Shown here in pieces: positions 37,935 through 48,664 of a stretch of 64,000 nucleotides of DNA. The notes beneath the pieces are model-generated. The model was not told where the DNA came from. It did no database searches and saw only the letters and a program-made list of their open reading frames with translations. Numbering within the stretch: position 1 is the first letter of the stretch; each line of letters begins with the position of its first letter. The position numbers were made by a program, and so were the translations under genes. This DNA comes from Myxococcota bacterium (GTDB taxonomy: Bacteria; Myxococcota_A; Polyangia; Polyangiales; Houyiibacteriaceae): the NCBI GenBank assembly GCA_039030515.1, contig JBCCEA010000001.1:64001-128000 (forward strand), given 5' to 3'.

Positions 37935-38972
37935 GTGTTCTTTCTGTTCGGTTTTTTTTGCAGTAGCTATGCAAGCGCCCAGAGAGAACCCAACACCCAA
38001 CCGTTCAGAGACGTTTCATGCCAACAGGAAGTGGAGCTGGCCTGGGTGGCCGACCGTTTGATGGGTGAAGAGGCTCCGATGGATCCCCAAAGTATCACTC
38101 GGTGGTTGCGTGCTTCAGGCTCTGATCTGATGGAAGCCAAGGCATTCCGAGGGCCAAGTCGTCTAGCGCTCCTGCGATGGTTGCGTCCTCGGATCGCCTC
38201 TGCGGAACAAGAGATTTCTTGCGGCTTTGCGCAAAATGTTTCTGGATTTGTGGTGGTGCTGGCGGAGCGGACGGGGCGGTTGCGTCTTACAGATCGCTCT
38301 GCCGTTGAGGTCTCTCTATCGACCGGATACCGTCGTCCCTCGGTTGTCCTCCGTGATGGGTTGGGTGAGGTCCGGCTTCTGCCCGTCCATGGGGGGCGAG
38401 CAGAGATTCCAAGCAACCTGGTACACCCGGTGACGATACAGCTTGTGGCCGTTGGTCCGTCAGGACCGCAGCCTTTGGCGATGCGCACGATCGACGATGG
38501 TCCTGGTGTCGCGTCTGCTTCTTCCGATCTTGCGGAGGCTTGGACTCCGCCCTCGATGCCTCGAGTTTCTGAGCAGACGGATGAGATCTATCGCTGGCTG
38601 GCTTCATTCCGAGATGTTCGCGAGACCTCCGGACTTCGTCGAAATTCTCTGCTGGAGCGTGCCGCGGGGTCCCATGCGGCAGCGGTATGCGCAGAGGGAA
38701 GGGCGCGGCACTACTTTGTCGACGGTCCCGAGGATCGAGTGAGCTCGCAGGGGCTCACGGCGAGGCATGTTGGAGAGGTGGTTGCCCGCGCTCCGAGCGC
38801 TTCACAGTGTTTGGAGGCCCTCGTGAGGAGTCCTAGTCACTATGTTGCACTCGTCGATGTGCGGTTCACGGACGTAGGTGTTGGGTTGCATCGTGAGCAG
38901 AGCGAGAGTGGCACCGAAATGACTTGTGTCGTCATACTCTTCGCCGCCTGGCCTCGTTACACCGGATACTAG
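37935..38972 (+). CDS. Exported CAP (SCP-like) domain protein
   Basis: C-terminal LERAAGSH...VGEVVA...SPSH...FTDVGVG; GTG at 37935 after GAGAGG gives a short signal peptide. Confidence 0.75.
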   Translation: MFFLFGFFCSSYASAQREPNTQPFRDVSCQQEVELAWVADRLMGEEAPMDPQSITRWLRASGSDLMEAKAFRGPSRLALLRWLRPRIASAEQEISCGFAQNVSGFVVVLAERTGRLRLTDRSAVEVSLSTGYRRPSVVLRDGLGEVRLLPVHGGRAEIPSNLVHPVTIQLVAVGPSGPQPLAMRTIDDGPGVASASSDLAEAWTPPSMPRVSEQTDEIYRWLASFRDVRETSGLRRNSLLERAAGSHAAAVCAEGRARHYFVDGPEDRVSSQGLTARHVGEVVARAPSASQCLEALVRSPSHYVALVDVRFTDVGVGLHREQSESGTEMTCVVILFAAWPRYTGY

Positions 38973-39151
38973 TTCTGCGGCGCAACTAGCGGCTCTCCGA
39001 GTACCCCTGTCCGAGTCGGGGTGCGAGAGCAGTAGTGGAGGCCCAGGTCGCCGGAGCACATCGACGCTTCGAGTCTAGAGAACTTTCTATGCCGGTTCTA
39101 AGACCTTCCCAGACGCGCTCTAGGGTTCATGTACTGGCGATGTTCTAACGC

Positions 39152-39168
39152 TGTGGTATAGCGCCGCT
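39152..39168 (+). promoter_or_regulatory. Extended -10 promoter of rpsB-tsf
   Basis: TGTGGTATAG followed by GC-rich CGCCGC, resembling the conserved rpsB promoter pattern. Confidence 0.6.
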
Positions 39169-39200
39169 TCCTCCGAGCGGAGGACGGGCTCAGCTCGAAA

Positions 39201-39275
39201 ACAAACACATCTGCGAAAACACTCGGGCGTTCCGGTGCGTTTTTCAAGACGCTCTCGCCGAGAGCAGATGGAGGA
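39201..39275 (+). promoter_or_regulatory. rpsB 5' leader (S2 autoregulatory, t44-like structure)
   Basis: ACAAACA-CATCTGC...GCAGATG-GAGG long-range stem enclosing CTCGGGCGT/ACGCTCTCG pairing, just upstream of the rpsB start. Confidence 0.6.
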
Positions 39276-39288
39276 AGAACCGGCACTC

Positions 39289-40149
39289 ATGTCCACGCAT
39301 TCACATACGATAGAAGAGTCTCCAGAACTTGCCGCCCTCGGAACCCCCGACGTAGCAAGCGGTAGTTATCCAATTGGGCTTCGCGCGCTCATCGAAGCGG
39401 GTGTGCACTTCGGGCACCAGACGCGGCGTTGGAATCCGAAAATGCGACCCTATATCTACGGGGCACGTAACGGCATCCATATCATCGATCTCGATCAGAC
39501 TGCGGAGCTGTTCAAGACTGCATTCCACTTCGTGCGCGATGAAGTGGCCCGCGGAGGTCATGTCCTCTTCGTAGGAACGAAGCGCCAGGCAGCTGAGGTT
39601 ATCTTCGAAGAAGCATCCCGAGCTGAGCAGTTCTATGTCACCGGGCGCTGGCTCGGCGGAACGCTTACCAACTTTCGAACAGTCAAGCAGGGCATCGAAC
39701 GTCTGCGTGAAATCGAACGTCAGGAAGAGGACGGAACTCTGGACTTGTTGGTCAAGAAAGAAGCGCTGTCGATTCGTCGCGAGGGCGAGAAGCTCAATAA
39801 GTTCCTAGGTGGTATTAAGATGATGTCGTCGCCGCCTTCAGTGATGTTCATCGTCGACCCAAACCATGAGCACATCGCTGTTCGGGAAGCACGTAAGCTT
39901 CATATTCCGATCGTGGCTTTGACCGACAGCAACTGCGATCCTCAGCAAGTTGATTTCGTGATTCCAGGCAACGACGATGCGATCCGTTCCATTAAACTTA
40001 TCACTTCTCGTCTCGCCGACGCCTGTATCGAAGGCCAACAGCGTCGTAGGGCTTCCGCCCAGCAACAGTCCGCTGGTGAGGGCCAAAATGCTGAGGGTGT
40101 TCAAGTCGACTTTGCGCGTGGCCGACGACGAGGTCGAGGCAATAGCTGA
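39289..40149 (+). CDS. rpsB: 30S ribosomal protein S2
   Basis: [37 protein letters not shown]. Confidence 0.99.
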   Translation: MSTHSHTIEESPELAALGTPDVASGSYPIGLRALIEAGVHFGHQTRRWNPKMRPYIYGARNGIHIIDLDQTAELFKTAFHFVRDEVARGGHVLFVGTKRQAAEVIFEEASRAEQFYVTGRWLGGTLTNFRTVKQGIERLREIERQEEDGTLDLLVKKEALSIRREGEKLNKFLGGIKMMSSPPSVMFIVDPNHEHIAVREARKLHIPIVALTDSNCDPQQVDFVIPGNDDAIRSIKLITSRLADACIEGQQRRRASAQQQSAGEGQNAEGVQVDFARGRRRGRGNS

Positions 40150-40218
40150 TCCACTCAGTCGGAAACACTACTGCGGATTACTTCTCTAAACTAGGTAAGA
40201 GCAAGGAAGGATTGTGCG

Positions 40219-40893
40219 ATGACCGTCACTGCATCAATGGTCAAGTCGCTTCGGGAACGAACTGGCGCAGGCATGATGGACTGCAAGAATGCGCTGGTCG
40301 AGTCTAATGGAGACGAAGAGAAGGCTCTCGAGATCATTCAGAAAAAGGGCTTGGCAAAGGCAGCGAAACGTGCGGGTGCGATCGCCGCTGAGGGTGTTGT
40401 CTACTCGTATATCCATCCGGGCAGTCGCATCGGCGTCCTAGTTGAGGTGAACTGCCAGACGGATTTCGTCGCCCGAAATGACGAATTCATGGCGTTTGTG
40501 GAGGACGTCGCACTGCAGATCGCATCCATGTCTCCCGAGTACGTTCGACCTGAAGATATCTCCGAGCAAGACAAGTCAAAGAAGATGGAGATTTTCAGAG
40601 CGCAGGTCGAAGAGATGGAAAAACAGACCGGCAAAAAACGTCCCCCTCAGGCTGTGGAGAAGATTCTCGAAGGTAAGTTGGCAAAATGGATGAGTGAGTC
40701 CTGCTTGATCCACATGCCTTCGGTGAGGGATGAAGAAGGGCGCACTCTTGACGAAGTTTCGATAGCCCTGACCGCGAAGATCGGAGAAAAGATCACCATT
40801 CGCCGGTTCACCAGGTTTGAGCTCGGTGAGGGTTTGGAGAAGAAAAAGACAGACCTTGCGGCCGAGGTCGCAGAGACGCTCAAGGGCGCCTAG
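40219..40893 (+). CDS. tsf: Elongation factor Ts (short form)
   Basis: LRERTGAGMMDCK, EVNCQTDFVA, IRRFTRFELGEG. Confidence 0.98.
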   Translation: MTVTASMVKSLRERTGAGMMDCKNALVESNGDEEKALEIIQKKGLAKAAKRAGAIAAEGVVYSYIHPGSRIGVLVEVNCQTDFVARNDEFMAFVEDVALQIASMSPEYVRPEDISEQDKSKKMEIFRAQVEEMEKQTGKKRPPQAVEKILEGKLAKWMSESCLIHMPSVRDEEGRTLDEVSIALTAKIGEKITIRRFTRFELGEGLEKKKTDLAAEVAETLKGA

Positions 40894-40915
40894 TTTCTAT
40901 GCTGCGGGAGCATTG

Positions 40916-40941
40916 GCACGGAGCAGGTTCATGCTCCGTGC
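40916..40941 (+). terminator. Hairpin after tsf
   Basis: GCACGGAGCA-GGTTCA-TGCTCCGTGC; no U tract. Confidence 0.5.
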
Positions 40942-41034
40942 TGCACCCAAGGCTGCGTGTTCAACTGGGGACCGGGTTTTCCCCCTGAATCGAAGTGTTG
41001 CTTGTCCATAACAGAACGCGTAGACGGTGGTGTG

Positions 41035-41763
41035 ATGCAGAAGTTGGCTTACAAGCGAATCCTGCTGAAGCTTTCCGGTGAAGCATTGTGCGGTCGACGT
41101 GGTGGCTTCGGAGTGAGCCCCGACACCCTCTCCGCGATCAGTGCCGAAATCGCCGACGTTGCCATGCTCGGTTGTGAAATCGGTATCGTTATCGGCGGTG
41201 GCAATATCTTTCGAGGTTTGAAAGGCAGTGCTGCCGGAATGGACCGGGCGAGCGCAGACCACATGGGAATGTTGGCCACGGTGATCAACGGCATTGCCTT
41301 GCAAGATGCGCTGGAAAAAATGGGTGCACAGACCAGGTTGCTTTCTGCGCTAGACATTCGGCAAGTAGCAGAGCCGTACATCCGTCGGCGAGCAGTGCGA
41401 CATTTTGAAAAGAAGCGCATCGTCATTTTCGCCGCTGGTACCGGCAATCCCTATTTTTCCACGGACACTGCGGCTGCACTCCGTGCCATGGAGATACAGG
41501 CGGACGTGCTCTGTAAAGCGACGAAGGTGGAGGGTATCTTCGATAAGGACCCTGAGAAACATGAAGATGCCTTGATGTACCGTCGACTCAGCTACGATCG
41601 ATTCCTTGCCGAGCATATCGGGGTGATGGATTCGACGGCGGTGACGCTTTGCAGGGACAATTGCTTGCCCATCAGGGTGTTCGCTCTGCCCACTCGAGGC
41701 AATATCAAGCGTGTGGTTCAAGGTGAGGAGTTGGGTACACTCGTCACCGAGAAAGGTGAGTAG
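41035..41763 (+). CDS. pyrH: UMP kinase
   Basis: [38 protein letters not shown]. Confidence 0.98.
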   Translation: MQKLAYKRILLKLSGEALCGRRGGFGVSPDTLSAISAEIADVAMLGCEIGIVIGGGNIFRGLKGSAAGMDRASADHMGMLATVINGIALQDALEKMGAQTRLLSALDIRQVAEPYIRRRAVRHFEKKRIVIFAAGTGNPYFSTDTAAALRAMEIQADVLCKATKVEGIFDKDPEKHEDALMYRRLSYDRFLAEHIGVMDSTAVTLCRDNCLPIRVFALPTRGNIKRVVQGEELGTLVTEKGE

Positions 41764-41967
41764 CTCGAATCTCCAAGGAACTGATGTCCACGACTCGGCC
41801 CACTAAGGGAGTTCATGCTCACGTAGGTTAGAAAACTGCACTTTTTGCGCGTCTCGCTGGACTGGTGGGCTCGCAAATGTAAGTGAATCAAAAGCACCGC
41901 CATTAATTTGGGGCCAATGTGGACGGGTGCTTTCTCGGCCCAACGCTATCGATTTAGGGAGGGTGCG

Positions 41968-42525
41968 ATGTTGGATGAGACGCTTGACGATCTGAAGGCC
42001 AGTATGGACAAAGCACACCAGTCCTTGCGCCGCGAGCTAGCGAAAATTCGCACAGGTCGAGCGAATCCCGATATTTTGGATGGCGTGAGGGTCAACTACT
42101 ATGGAAGTCCAACCCCGCTGAAGCAGGTCGCAACCGTATCGGTACCGGAAGCGAGAATGCTGCTGCTCAAGCCCTTCGATCGAACTCAACTCGGAGCGAT
42201 TGAAAGAGCGATTCTTGAGTCGCAGTTAGGTCTCAATCCTCAGAACGATGGTGAGATCTTGCGGATACCGCTGCCCCCGCTCACTGAGGAGCGACGCAAG
42301 AATCTTGTCAAGCTCGCCCGAAAAACCGGCGAAGACTGCAAGGTAGCCATTCGGGCGGCGCGTCACGATGCAAAAGATATTATCGACGTATTCGAAAAGG
42401 ATGGAGAAGTGGGCGCAGACCCTGCAGATAGAGCGCGCAAAGAGGTTGAGGAAATCGTCAAGGCCGGTACGGCCAAAGTCGACTCTATCGTTTCCTCCAA
42501 GGAAACAGATATTATGGTCGTTTAA
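41968..42525 (+). CDS. frr: Ribosome recycling factor
   Basis: IRTGRANP, YYGSPTPL, LGLNPQNDG, PPLTEERRK. Confidence 0.98.
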   Translation: MLDETLDDLKASMDKAHQSLRRELAKIRTGRANPDILDGVRVNYYGSPTPLKQVATVSVPEARMLLLKPFDRTQLGAIERAILESQLGLNPQNDGEILRIPLPPLTEERRKNLVKLARKTGEDCKVAIRAARHDAKDIIDVFEKDGEVGADPADRARKEVEEIVKAGTAKVDSIVSSKETDIMVV

Positions 42526-42620
42526 AGCTGAGTTTAGACATTGGAACTAGCAGTGGTCGTCGGAATAAAGCGCTTCTCTTGATAAGGCGTTACCCAACGA
42601 CTTGGCACACAGAACGTTGT

Positions 42621-45548
42621 CTAAAAGGGGACGCCAAAAAGAGCGTACGTTTGCAAACTTCCTTCGTGATGCACTCCGTATGCGACGCCAACCCGCAGTG
42701 AGTAAAATACCGTGTAACCGAGAATGAACTGAGTAAACACTTCGGCGCCTATTCCCAGGCGGAAGTCGCGCACATCGAGTCGGCCAAAGGACGCGTCTCC
42801 ATAGTCAGCGAAGATTGCGCCGTGCAACCGATACAGGTAAGCGGGGAGGGTGGCGCTACTTACATTAGGTCGCCAGAGCGGAAATCTGTATTCAGCTTGC
42901 GCTAAGTGATATTGGTCTCCAATACGGCTGAACGGCTCGTAACCTCGTAGGGCGACGCCAGAGAAGACCGTGTTTTCGATGAGCGCTTCGAGGCGATCCT
43001 GCTCTGGAAAGCCTCCAATACCGAATGCCGCTCGATCGGGGGTGCTGACAGACACCCCGCCGCCGTAGCGCATCGCGAGTACGTGATGTTCAAGCCATGG
43101 ATTTTCGAGATATTGAGTAGCTCTCCAAGAAAAAACCTGTTGTCGAACGCGTCCTCCGATCGAAGGTTCCCGAACACTCAGCGCGGCTCCAACGCTCTGC
43201 CCGGCACTAGGGGAAATGTCGAACGTGGTGCGGTATGCATTCGAATAGCTCCAGCTGACGCTAGCAGAAGTATCGTAGCCGAGGGGCGGGAGTATCGGTG
43301 GTGGATCGTTGGGATCCAGGTGCCCTTCGAAGGGCTCTGCGTTCCAAGCGTACGCGAGATGATAACTCACGCTCACTGAGTTGCGATGAAACAAACGGCG
43401 AGAGAAGGGTAGAGACACGCCTAGAGAACTCGCTATCCGTTCCTCTCGCCAGACTCTCGAAGCGCCTCCAACCACCAGACCACCACGAGGGCTCAATCGA
43501 CGGGAGATGGAAAGTTGGACCGGTGTCGGCAATCGCAGGTAACGCCAGCTCGCGTCGAAGTTTACGTTTCCCTCCTCGAGTCCGAACCCCAGTCGAGTGC
43601 GCCAGCGATGGAAGGATGCCAGGTCTTCACCATCCGTCGTGATCGCTAGCTCGCGGCCAAAGCTATCCTCGCCGAGTTCGATAGACCAAGCGAGTGGGTA
43701 TAATGTGCGTAGGGGGCGATAGCGCTTACTCGGCTGGGTGTCCCTAGGTCCAGTCTCCATTTCCTCCAATGGGTATGAAGGTGGAGGTCGACTATCCAGG
43801 TATGGACTTGCCGGATAGGTAGAGATCGAGTTTAGGTCGAGATGCCATAGATCGAATCCTCGACTCGAATAGCCGACATATACGAGTTGCTGTCCATCCG
43901 GAGAAATCGTGGGGTGGTAGGCTCCTGCGATCACATTGGTTATTTGTTCGATTGCCCCGGTTGCGATTTCGATTCGAAAGATGTTTGCGATGCCGGTGCG
44001 ATCGCTTGAAAAATAGACGAATCGACCGTCTGGCGAGAAGCAAGGACCGGTATCAAGGGCTCTATCGTGAGTGAGCACCATTTCTGTGCCGTCATTCAGA
44101 TTGTGTAGCCGGAGATCTCGATAGCCCCCTTGCTCCCATGTGCTGAATACGATTTGTCCTCCGTCTGGCGAAAAGTGAGGTGTGTAGACCTGTTCGAACT
44201 GCCCGCTACGGCGGAGGATTCGAAAAGTCCCATCTATGTCGTGCAGCTCGGCTATGGCTAAGTGCCGAGTGGCCCTCCCGTTGACGGCGAAGATGACCTG
44301 CCGCCCATCGGGACTTACATCTGGATATTGAGCCCGCAGTCCGTGGCTCAGTCGTGTTCGTCCAGTGCTCGGGTGGAACGAATACAGATCATAGAAATTG
44401 TAGATTCCAGCGCGTAGCGGGGCGCGCTGCTCATACACGATCGTTACCCCGTCTGCAGCTACGGCGGGGTAGCTCTGCCCTGAGGACCGAATGAGGTTTT
44501 GAGTGTTTCGATCTTCTAGATTTAGGATGCGAATCTGAGCAGCGTCTCGACCGTCAGACGCGTAGTAGATGATCTCGTTGCCGTTTAGGAATCTTGGAGC
44601 TCGGACCACCTCGCCGAGGTGGGTGACTCGGGTGCCGGTTCGAAGACCTTTTCGTACCAAGTCATCGAGTACCTCAGTGTACGTTCTTTTCAGCTCGAGC
44701 AGAAAAGCGTCATAGAGTTCGACAAAGGTATAGCCTGTCGCCCGAGCAGCAATTCGGTTTAAGCCGTAAGGCAGGGTTTGTCTTCCGTAGTCCTGAGACA
44801 TCTGACGGAGGGCGGTATGTCCAAAGCGGTTTCGGATGTACTTCAGGAAATGTGAACCGTAGAGGTACCAGGCATTGCCTCTAGGCCATCGGTCGACCGC
44901 ATTGGATATCTGGTCCAGGCGAAGGGTTCGCTCCTCGAGCACATCCATACGCAGAAACATTTCGAACATGGTTGAACGAAGCCTTCCTCCCGCGGTCCGC
45001 TCAGATTCCTCGTGGGTCGCAAGTCCTTCGATAAACCACCGAGGTTGAACCGAATTGGGTGCTGCGGTTTTTCCGAAGATCGCGTTGATCCACTTTGAGA
45101 TGCCTCCGATCGTGTCTAGATGCAGAATATGTGTGTGTTCGTGGGTGACGAGTTCGGTGAGCCAGTCGTCATAGTCGCCGAGTGGGCTGAGATCGTCGGG
45201 TGCGGTGGCGAAGAGTCGGATCGTATTGCGCGGCAGTACGCTCGCAGATCCGTTCGCGACATCGGTGTCGTCGGTTAAGACGATCTGAGTTCGCCCTTTC
45301 GGAGCATGTCGAAGGACATCTGATAGAATCGAATGGGCCCGTTCTGCAACTTCGGCAGTACGTTGAGCCACGATGTCGAGCGGTTCATGATAGGTTACGT
45401 CGAAGTGCGCTGTGCGAATTGTTCGCCATCGCAGATGTGGATCGCGAATTTGGGCGTATGCCAATGTCGCTTGAATAAAATCCAGCAGTAAGAAAGCCGA
45501 CAGTACGAACGCTACCGGACTTAGAGAGAACACCCAAGCGCACTTCAT
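42621..45548 (-). CDS. Outer-membrane protein: zinc metallopeptidase-like domain, TolB-like beta-propeller and Omp85-like barrel
   Basis: HEHTH...WFIEGLA, PD40 repeats (SPDGRQ, FSPDG), LRGY...AEYRFPL...FADYG, C-terminal Phe. Start uncertain. Confidence 0.8.
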   Translation of the reverse strand: MKCAWVFSLSPVAFVLSAFLLLDFIQATLAYAQIRDPHLRWRTIRTAHFDVTYHEPLDIVAQRTAEVAERAHSILSDVLRHAPKGRTQIVLTDDTDVANGSASVLPRNTIRLFATAPDDLSPLGDYDDWLTELVTHEHTHILHLDTIGGISKWINAIFGKTAAPNSVQPRWFIEGLATHEESERTAGGRLRSTMFEMFLRMDVLEERTLRLDQISNAVDRWPRGNAWYLYGSHFLKYIRNRFGHTALRQMSQDYGRQTLPYGLNRIAARATGYTFVELYDAFLLELKRTYTEVLDDLVRKGLRTGTRVTHLGEVVRAPRFLNGNEIIYYASDGRDAAQIRILNLEDRNTQNLIRSSGQSYPAVAADGVTIVYEQRAPLRAGIYNFYDLYSFHPSTGRTRLSHGLRAQYPDVSPDGRQVIFAVNGRATRHLAIAELHDIDGTFRILRRSGQFEQVYTPHFSPDGGQIVFSTWEQGGYRDLRLHNLNDGTEMVLTHDRALDTGPCFSPDGRFVYFSSDRTGIANIFRIEIATGAIEQITNVIAGAYHPTISPDGQQLVYVGYSSRGFDLWHLDLNSISTYPASPYLDSRPPPSYPLEEMETGPRDTQPSKRYRPLRTLYPLAWSIELGEDSFGRELAITTDGEDLASFHRWRTRLGFGLEEGNVNFDASWRYLRLPTPVQLSISRRLSPRGGLVVGGASRVWREERIASSLGVSLPFSRRLFHRNSVSVSYHLAYAWNAEPFEGHLDPNDPPPILPPLGYDTSASVSWSYSNAYRTTFDISPSAGQSVGAALSVREPSIGGRVRQQVFSWRATQYLENPWLEHHVLAMRYGGGVSVSTPDRAAFGIGGFPEQDRLEALIENTVFSGVALRGYEPFSRIGDQYHLAQAEYRFPLWRPNVSSATLPAYLYRLHGAIFADYGDASFGRLDVRDFRLGIGAEVFTQFILGYTVFYSLRVGVAYGVHHEGSLQTYALFGVPF

Positions 45549-45746
45549 CCCATGAGTTACCCCGAAAACCCTCGATGAATACGACATGGCGGATCTTGCC
45601 CACAATAAAACAGAGGCCGATGCTAAATCATCTCCATTGCAATCGAGTCCTTTGAAATCATTGACGCTCTCGCCTGTCGTCAACGATACTCTAACAATCG
45701 AAAACCCAGCGATCGAACAGGCTTGGGATCTCTCGCGAAAAGTTTG

Positions 45747-46706
45747 ATGGAGCCGCCACTTCCCAACATGACGGGACAGCCCCCAGCGCAATCGTTGCGT
45801 GCGTTCGCCCTTCGTTTTATCTCCGGGAAGTATCAAGGTGGAGAGTTTCCTCTGCCCGAAAACGGTGAGATCGTTATCGGTCGTTCGAGCGAGCTCGACA
45901 TGGTGCTTGTCGAGGATATGGTTTCGCGACGACACGCAAAGATCACCGTGACCACTGGACAGGTGTTCATTCAGGATTTGGGATCCACGAATGGCAGCTT
46001 CGTCAACGGCGAGAAGGTTCGTCGAGCGAAGCTCACCGAAGGAGATCGTATCCTCATCGGCACCAGCATCATTAAGGTCGTTGCTGCAGACGGCAATGAC
46101 GACCTCAAGGACGCCAAAGCACGGCTGGAGGACGTGGCAGCCGCCAAGCGGACCAGTCAGGTGCGTACGATGACTGGTGATATTAGCGAGGTTCCGCTAC
46201 CGGATCTCCTACAATTATTCAGTGCCTCTAAGAAGAGCGGCACACTGGTGATTCGAACTGAACGTGAGATCGGGAAAATCTATCTCGAAAAAGGTCATGT
46301 GATCTACGCCACCATCAATGAAGGGTATGAAGTAAATCCCATCAAATGTTTCAACCGAATACTTACTTGGGATCACGGAACCTTCGAGATGGATCAACCT
46401 GAGGAGCGGGAGTTTCCGGAGCCGATTCAGATGAGCACCGAGGGCCTCTTGATGGAAGCGATGCGCCAGATGGATGAGGTCAGGAGACTCGGAGCAGACT
46501 TGCCGCCGATGACCAGTCAACTATCTCTCGGTCGTCCACTAGGACCTCTCCTTAAGGATCTGACGCCCGAGGAGCTCGATGTGCTTCAGCTTGCACACAA
46601 CTACGGGCACGTCGAAACCATCCTCAACAAGAGTTTCGCGACCGATCTCGCGACGAGCGAGATCGTAATCAAACTCCTTAAGGCAGACTACCTGAAGGTA
46701 GATTAG
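45747..46706 (+). CDS. FHA domain plus DUF4388 protein
   Basis: IGRSS...VSRRHA...DLGSTNG; MTGDISEVPLPDLLQL...GLLMEAMRQMDE. Confidence 0.9.
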   Translation: MEPPLPNMTGQPPAQSLRAFALRFISGKYQGGEFPLPENGEIVIGRSSELDMVLVEDMVSRRHAKITVTTGQVFIQDLGSTNGSFVNGEKVRRAKLTEGDRILIGTSIIKVVAADGNDDLKDAKARLEDVAAAKRTSQVRTMTGDISEVPLPDLLQLFSASKKSGTLVIRTEREIGKIYLEKGHVIYATINEGYEVNPIKCFNRILTWDHGTFEMDQPEEREFPEPIQMSTEGLLMEAMRQMDEVRRLGADLPPMTSQLSLGRPLGPLLKDLTPEELDVLQLAHNYGHVETILNKSFATDLATSEIVIKLLKADYLKVD

Positions 46707-46763
46707 GGCAGTTGGCTCTGAGGCCGATGTAACGTGTACTCAGACCAATAGAGGTGAATGAAT

Positions 46764-47156
46764 CTAACTGGAATCCCCCTGATCCGTCTTGTGTTCGGAC
46801 GTATTATCGACAGGGAACGTGCTGGTGGACGAGCGAGACCCTACGAGCAGTCGCTCGATAAGGTGCTCGCTACACTTGCTGAGTTCGGTGAATACGACGC
46901 CCATACCTGGAGGATCTTCCTGAACGCGTACCACCTCCCCCTCTCCCTCGATGGTCTCGATATCGTCGGTGATTACGGTGAAGCAAAGATTGACTCGAGT
47001 TCCTATCGCGAGTGGTTCCTTTGACTTGATGAACGCACCATGTCGGGAGATATTTGTTACATATTCGTGAACGAATGCGTCAAATGATTCGAACTCCTTA
47101 TTGATCGTGACGCGGTCCTGAACACGTCGCTCATCTTCGTCATCGTCCATCGTCAC
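46764..47156 (-). CDS. Stand-alone PilZ domain protein (myxobacterial type)
   Basis: RVQDR (RxxxR), NISRHG (NxSxxG), GEVVRV, GMGVVF; GTGA overlap with the rng stop. Confidence 0.9.
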   Translation of the reverse strand: MTMDDDEDERRVQDRVTINKEFESFDAFVHEYVTNISRHGAFIKSKEPLAIGTRVNLCFTVITDDIETIEGEGEVVRVQEDPPGMGVVFTELSKCSEHLIERLLVGSRSSTSTFPVDNTSEHKTDQGDSS

Positions 47157-48664
47157 CCCGCGGTGAGATCGAACTGCTCCAGATGGTAGTCTCTACAAGG
47201 CTGTAACACGATCCGACGTTCGAGACGGCTTGCAGCTTCTTCAAGTGACTTCCTCTCCTCGCGACGCAGCATGTCGCACACAGCGGGATGCGCACTAACG
47301 ACGATCTTATACCCTGGAATGGCCTCTTTTTCGCGTTTCATTTGGCGAAAGATCTCATGGCAGACTGTGCTTTTAGATTTGAGCTGTCCCGTGCCGTCGC
47401 AGTAGAAACAAGGCTCGTAGAGCGTACGACCAAGGGACTCTCGGGTTCGCTTGCGAGTCATCTCTACGAGACCGAGTTCGCTAATCCGTACGGTAGTGGT
47501 ACGGGCCTTGTCCTGTTTCAGGACTTGGAGCAACTCTTTGTAGACCTTGTCCCGATGGCTTTCCTTCTCCATGTCGATGAAGTCGAGGACGATGAGCCCG
47601 CCGATATTTCGGAACCGGAGCTGATAGCCGATTTCTTTGACGGCCTCCAAGTTGGTTTGGACGATCGTATCGCCCACGTCGCGTCCCTTGCCTGTGAAAC
47701 GTCCGGTGTTCACATCGATCGCCGTCAGGGCCTCCGCTTGATCGATGACGAGATGTCCGCCGGAGGGCAGGGGAATTTTTCTCGAGAGCGCGCGCTGTAT
47801 CTCGTCTTCGATACCATAGGCGTCGAAGAGCGACTCGTGATCTTCGTAGAGCTGAGCGTCACCAACCCGCTCAGGCAAGAACATCTCTAAGAAGGCGATC
47901 AGTCGCGCATAATCCGTTTCGGAGTCGACTACGACCTGGTCGATTTCCTCCGTAAACAGATCGCGAGCCGCCCTCAACACGATATCCAGCTCTTCATACA
48001 AAAGTGCCGGGGCTTTGCTCGTCGACGCGATCTGCTCGGCGGTGCGTTCCCATACCTTGATCAGATATCCGATGTCCGATTTCAGAGCCTTTTTTGTCAG
48101 GCCTTGACCTAAGGTACGTACGATAACACCGCCCGTAGGAGGTCGTATTTGATCGATCACTTCCTTCAGGCGACGCCGCTCTTTGTCTTTTCCGATGCGT
48201 TTGCTTACTCCGACATGATCTACCGTCGGCGTGTAGACGACATAACGTCCCGGGAGCGCAATATGTCCGGTGACGCGTGCTCCCTTGGTGCTGATGGGGC
48301 CTTTGCTGACTTGCACTACGATCGTCTGACCCTCGTTCAGCACTTCTCGGATGGGTGTTTTGCGTGAGATGCGTCTTCCCGTACGGTTGTTTGTATCGTC
48401 GCCTTCATCGTCCAGTTGTGTTTCAAGGCTGGGCGCCGATATAAGATCCTCGACGTGGAGAAACGCCGCACGATCTAGGCCGACGTCCACGAAAGCAGCC
48501 TGCATTCCCGGAAGCACCCGGGTGACACGTCCGCGATAGATGTTGCCAACGGGAGAACGGTCGCGCCCGCGCTCGACATAAAGTTCCGCGAGGATGCCAT
48601 TCTCGATCACCGCCACTCGGGTCTCCCCAATGGCTGCGTTGATCAGGAGGGTGTTGCCTGCCAT
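47153..48664 (-). CDS. rng: Ribonuclease G (Rne/Rng family)
   Basis: GNIYRGRVTRVLPGMQAAFVD, IDVNTG, GGLIVLDFIDM, LVEMTRKR, CFYCDGTG. Confidence 0.96.
   Translation of the reverse strand: MAGNTLLINAAIGETRVAVIENGILAELYVERGRDRSPVGNIYRGRVTRVLPGMQAAFVDVGLDRAAFLHVEDLISAPSLETQLDDEGDDTNNRTGRRISRKTPIREVLNEGQTIVVQVSKGPISTKGARVTGHIALPGRYVVYTPTVDHVGVSKRIGKDKERRRLKEVIDQIRPPTGGVIVRTLGQGLTKKALKSDIGYLIKVWERTAEQIASTSKAPALLYEELDIVLRAARDLFTEEIDQVVVDSETDYARLIAFLEMFLPERVGDAQLYEDHESLFDAYGIEDEIQRALSRKIPLPSGGHLVIDQAEALTAIDVNTGRFTGKGRDVGDTIVQTNLEAVKEIGYQLRFRNIGGLIVLDFIDMEKESHRDKVYKELLQVLKQDKARTTTVRISELGLVEMTRKRTRESLGRTLYEPCFYCDGTGQLKSKSTVCHEIFRQMKREKEAIPGYKIVVSAHPAVCDMLRREERKSLEEAASRLERRIVLQPCRDYHLEQFDLTAG

Noticed and set aside
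40219..40893. Short EF-Ts as a truncated pseudogene
   Set aside because: Short-form EF-Ts is normal in several phyla, and the terminal motifs are intact.
40914..40930. TGGCACG as a sigma54 promoter for pyrH
   Set aside because: There is no GC at the -12 position, and the sequence is part of a hairpin.
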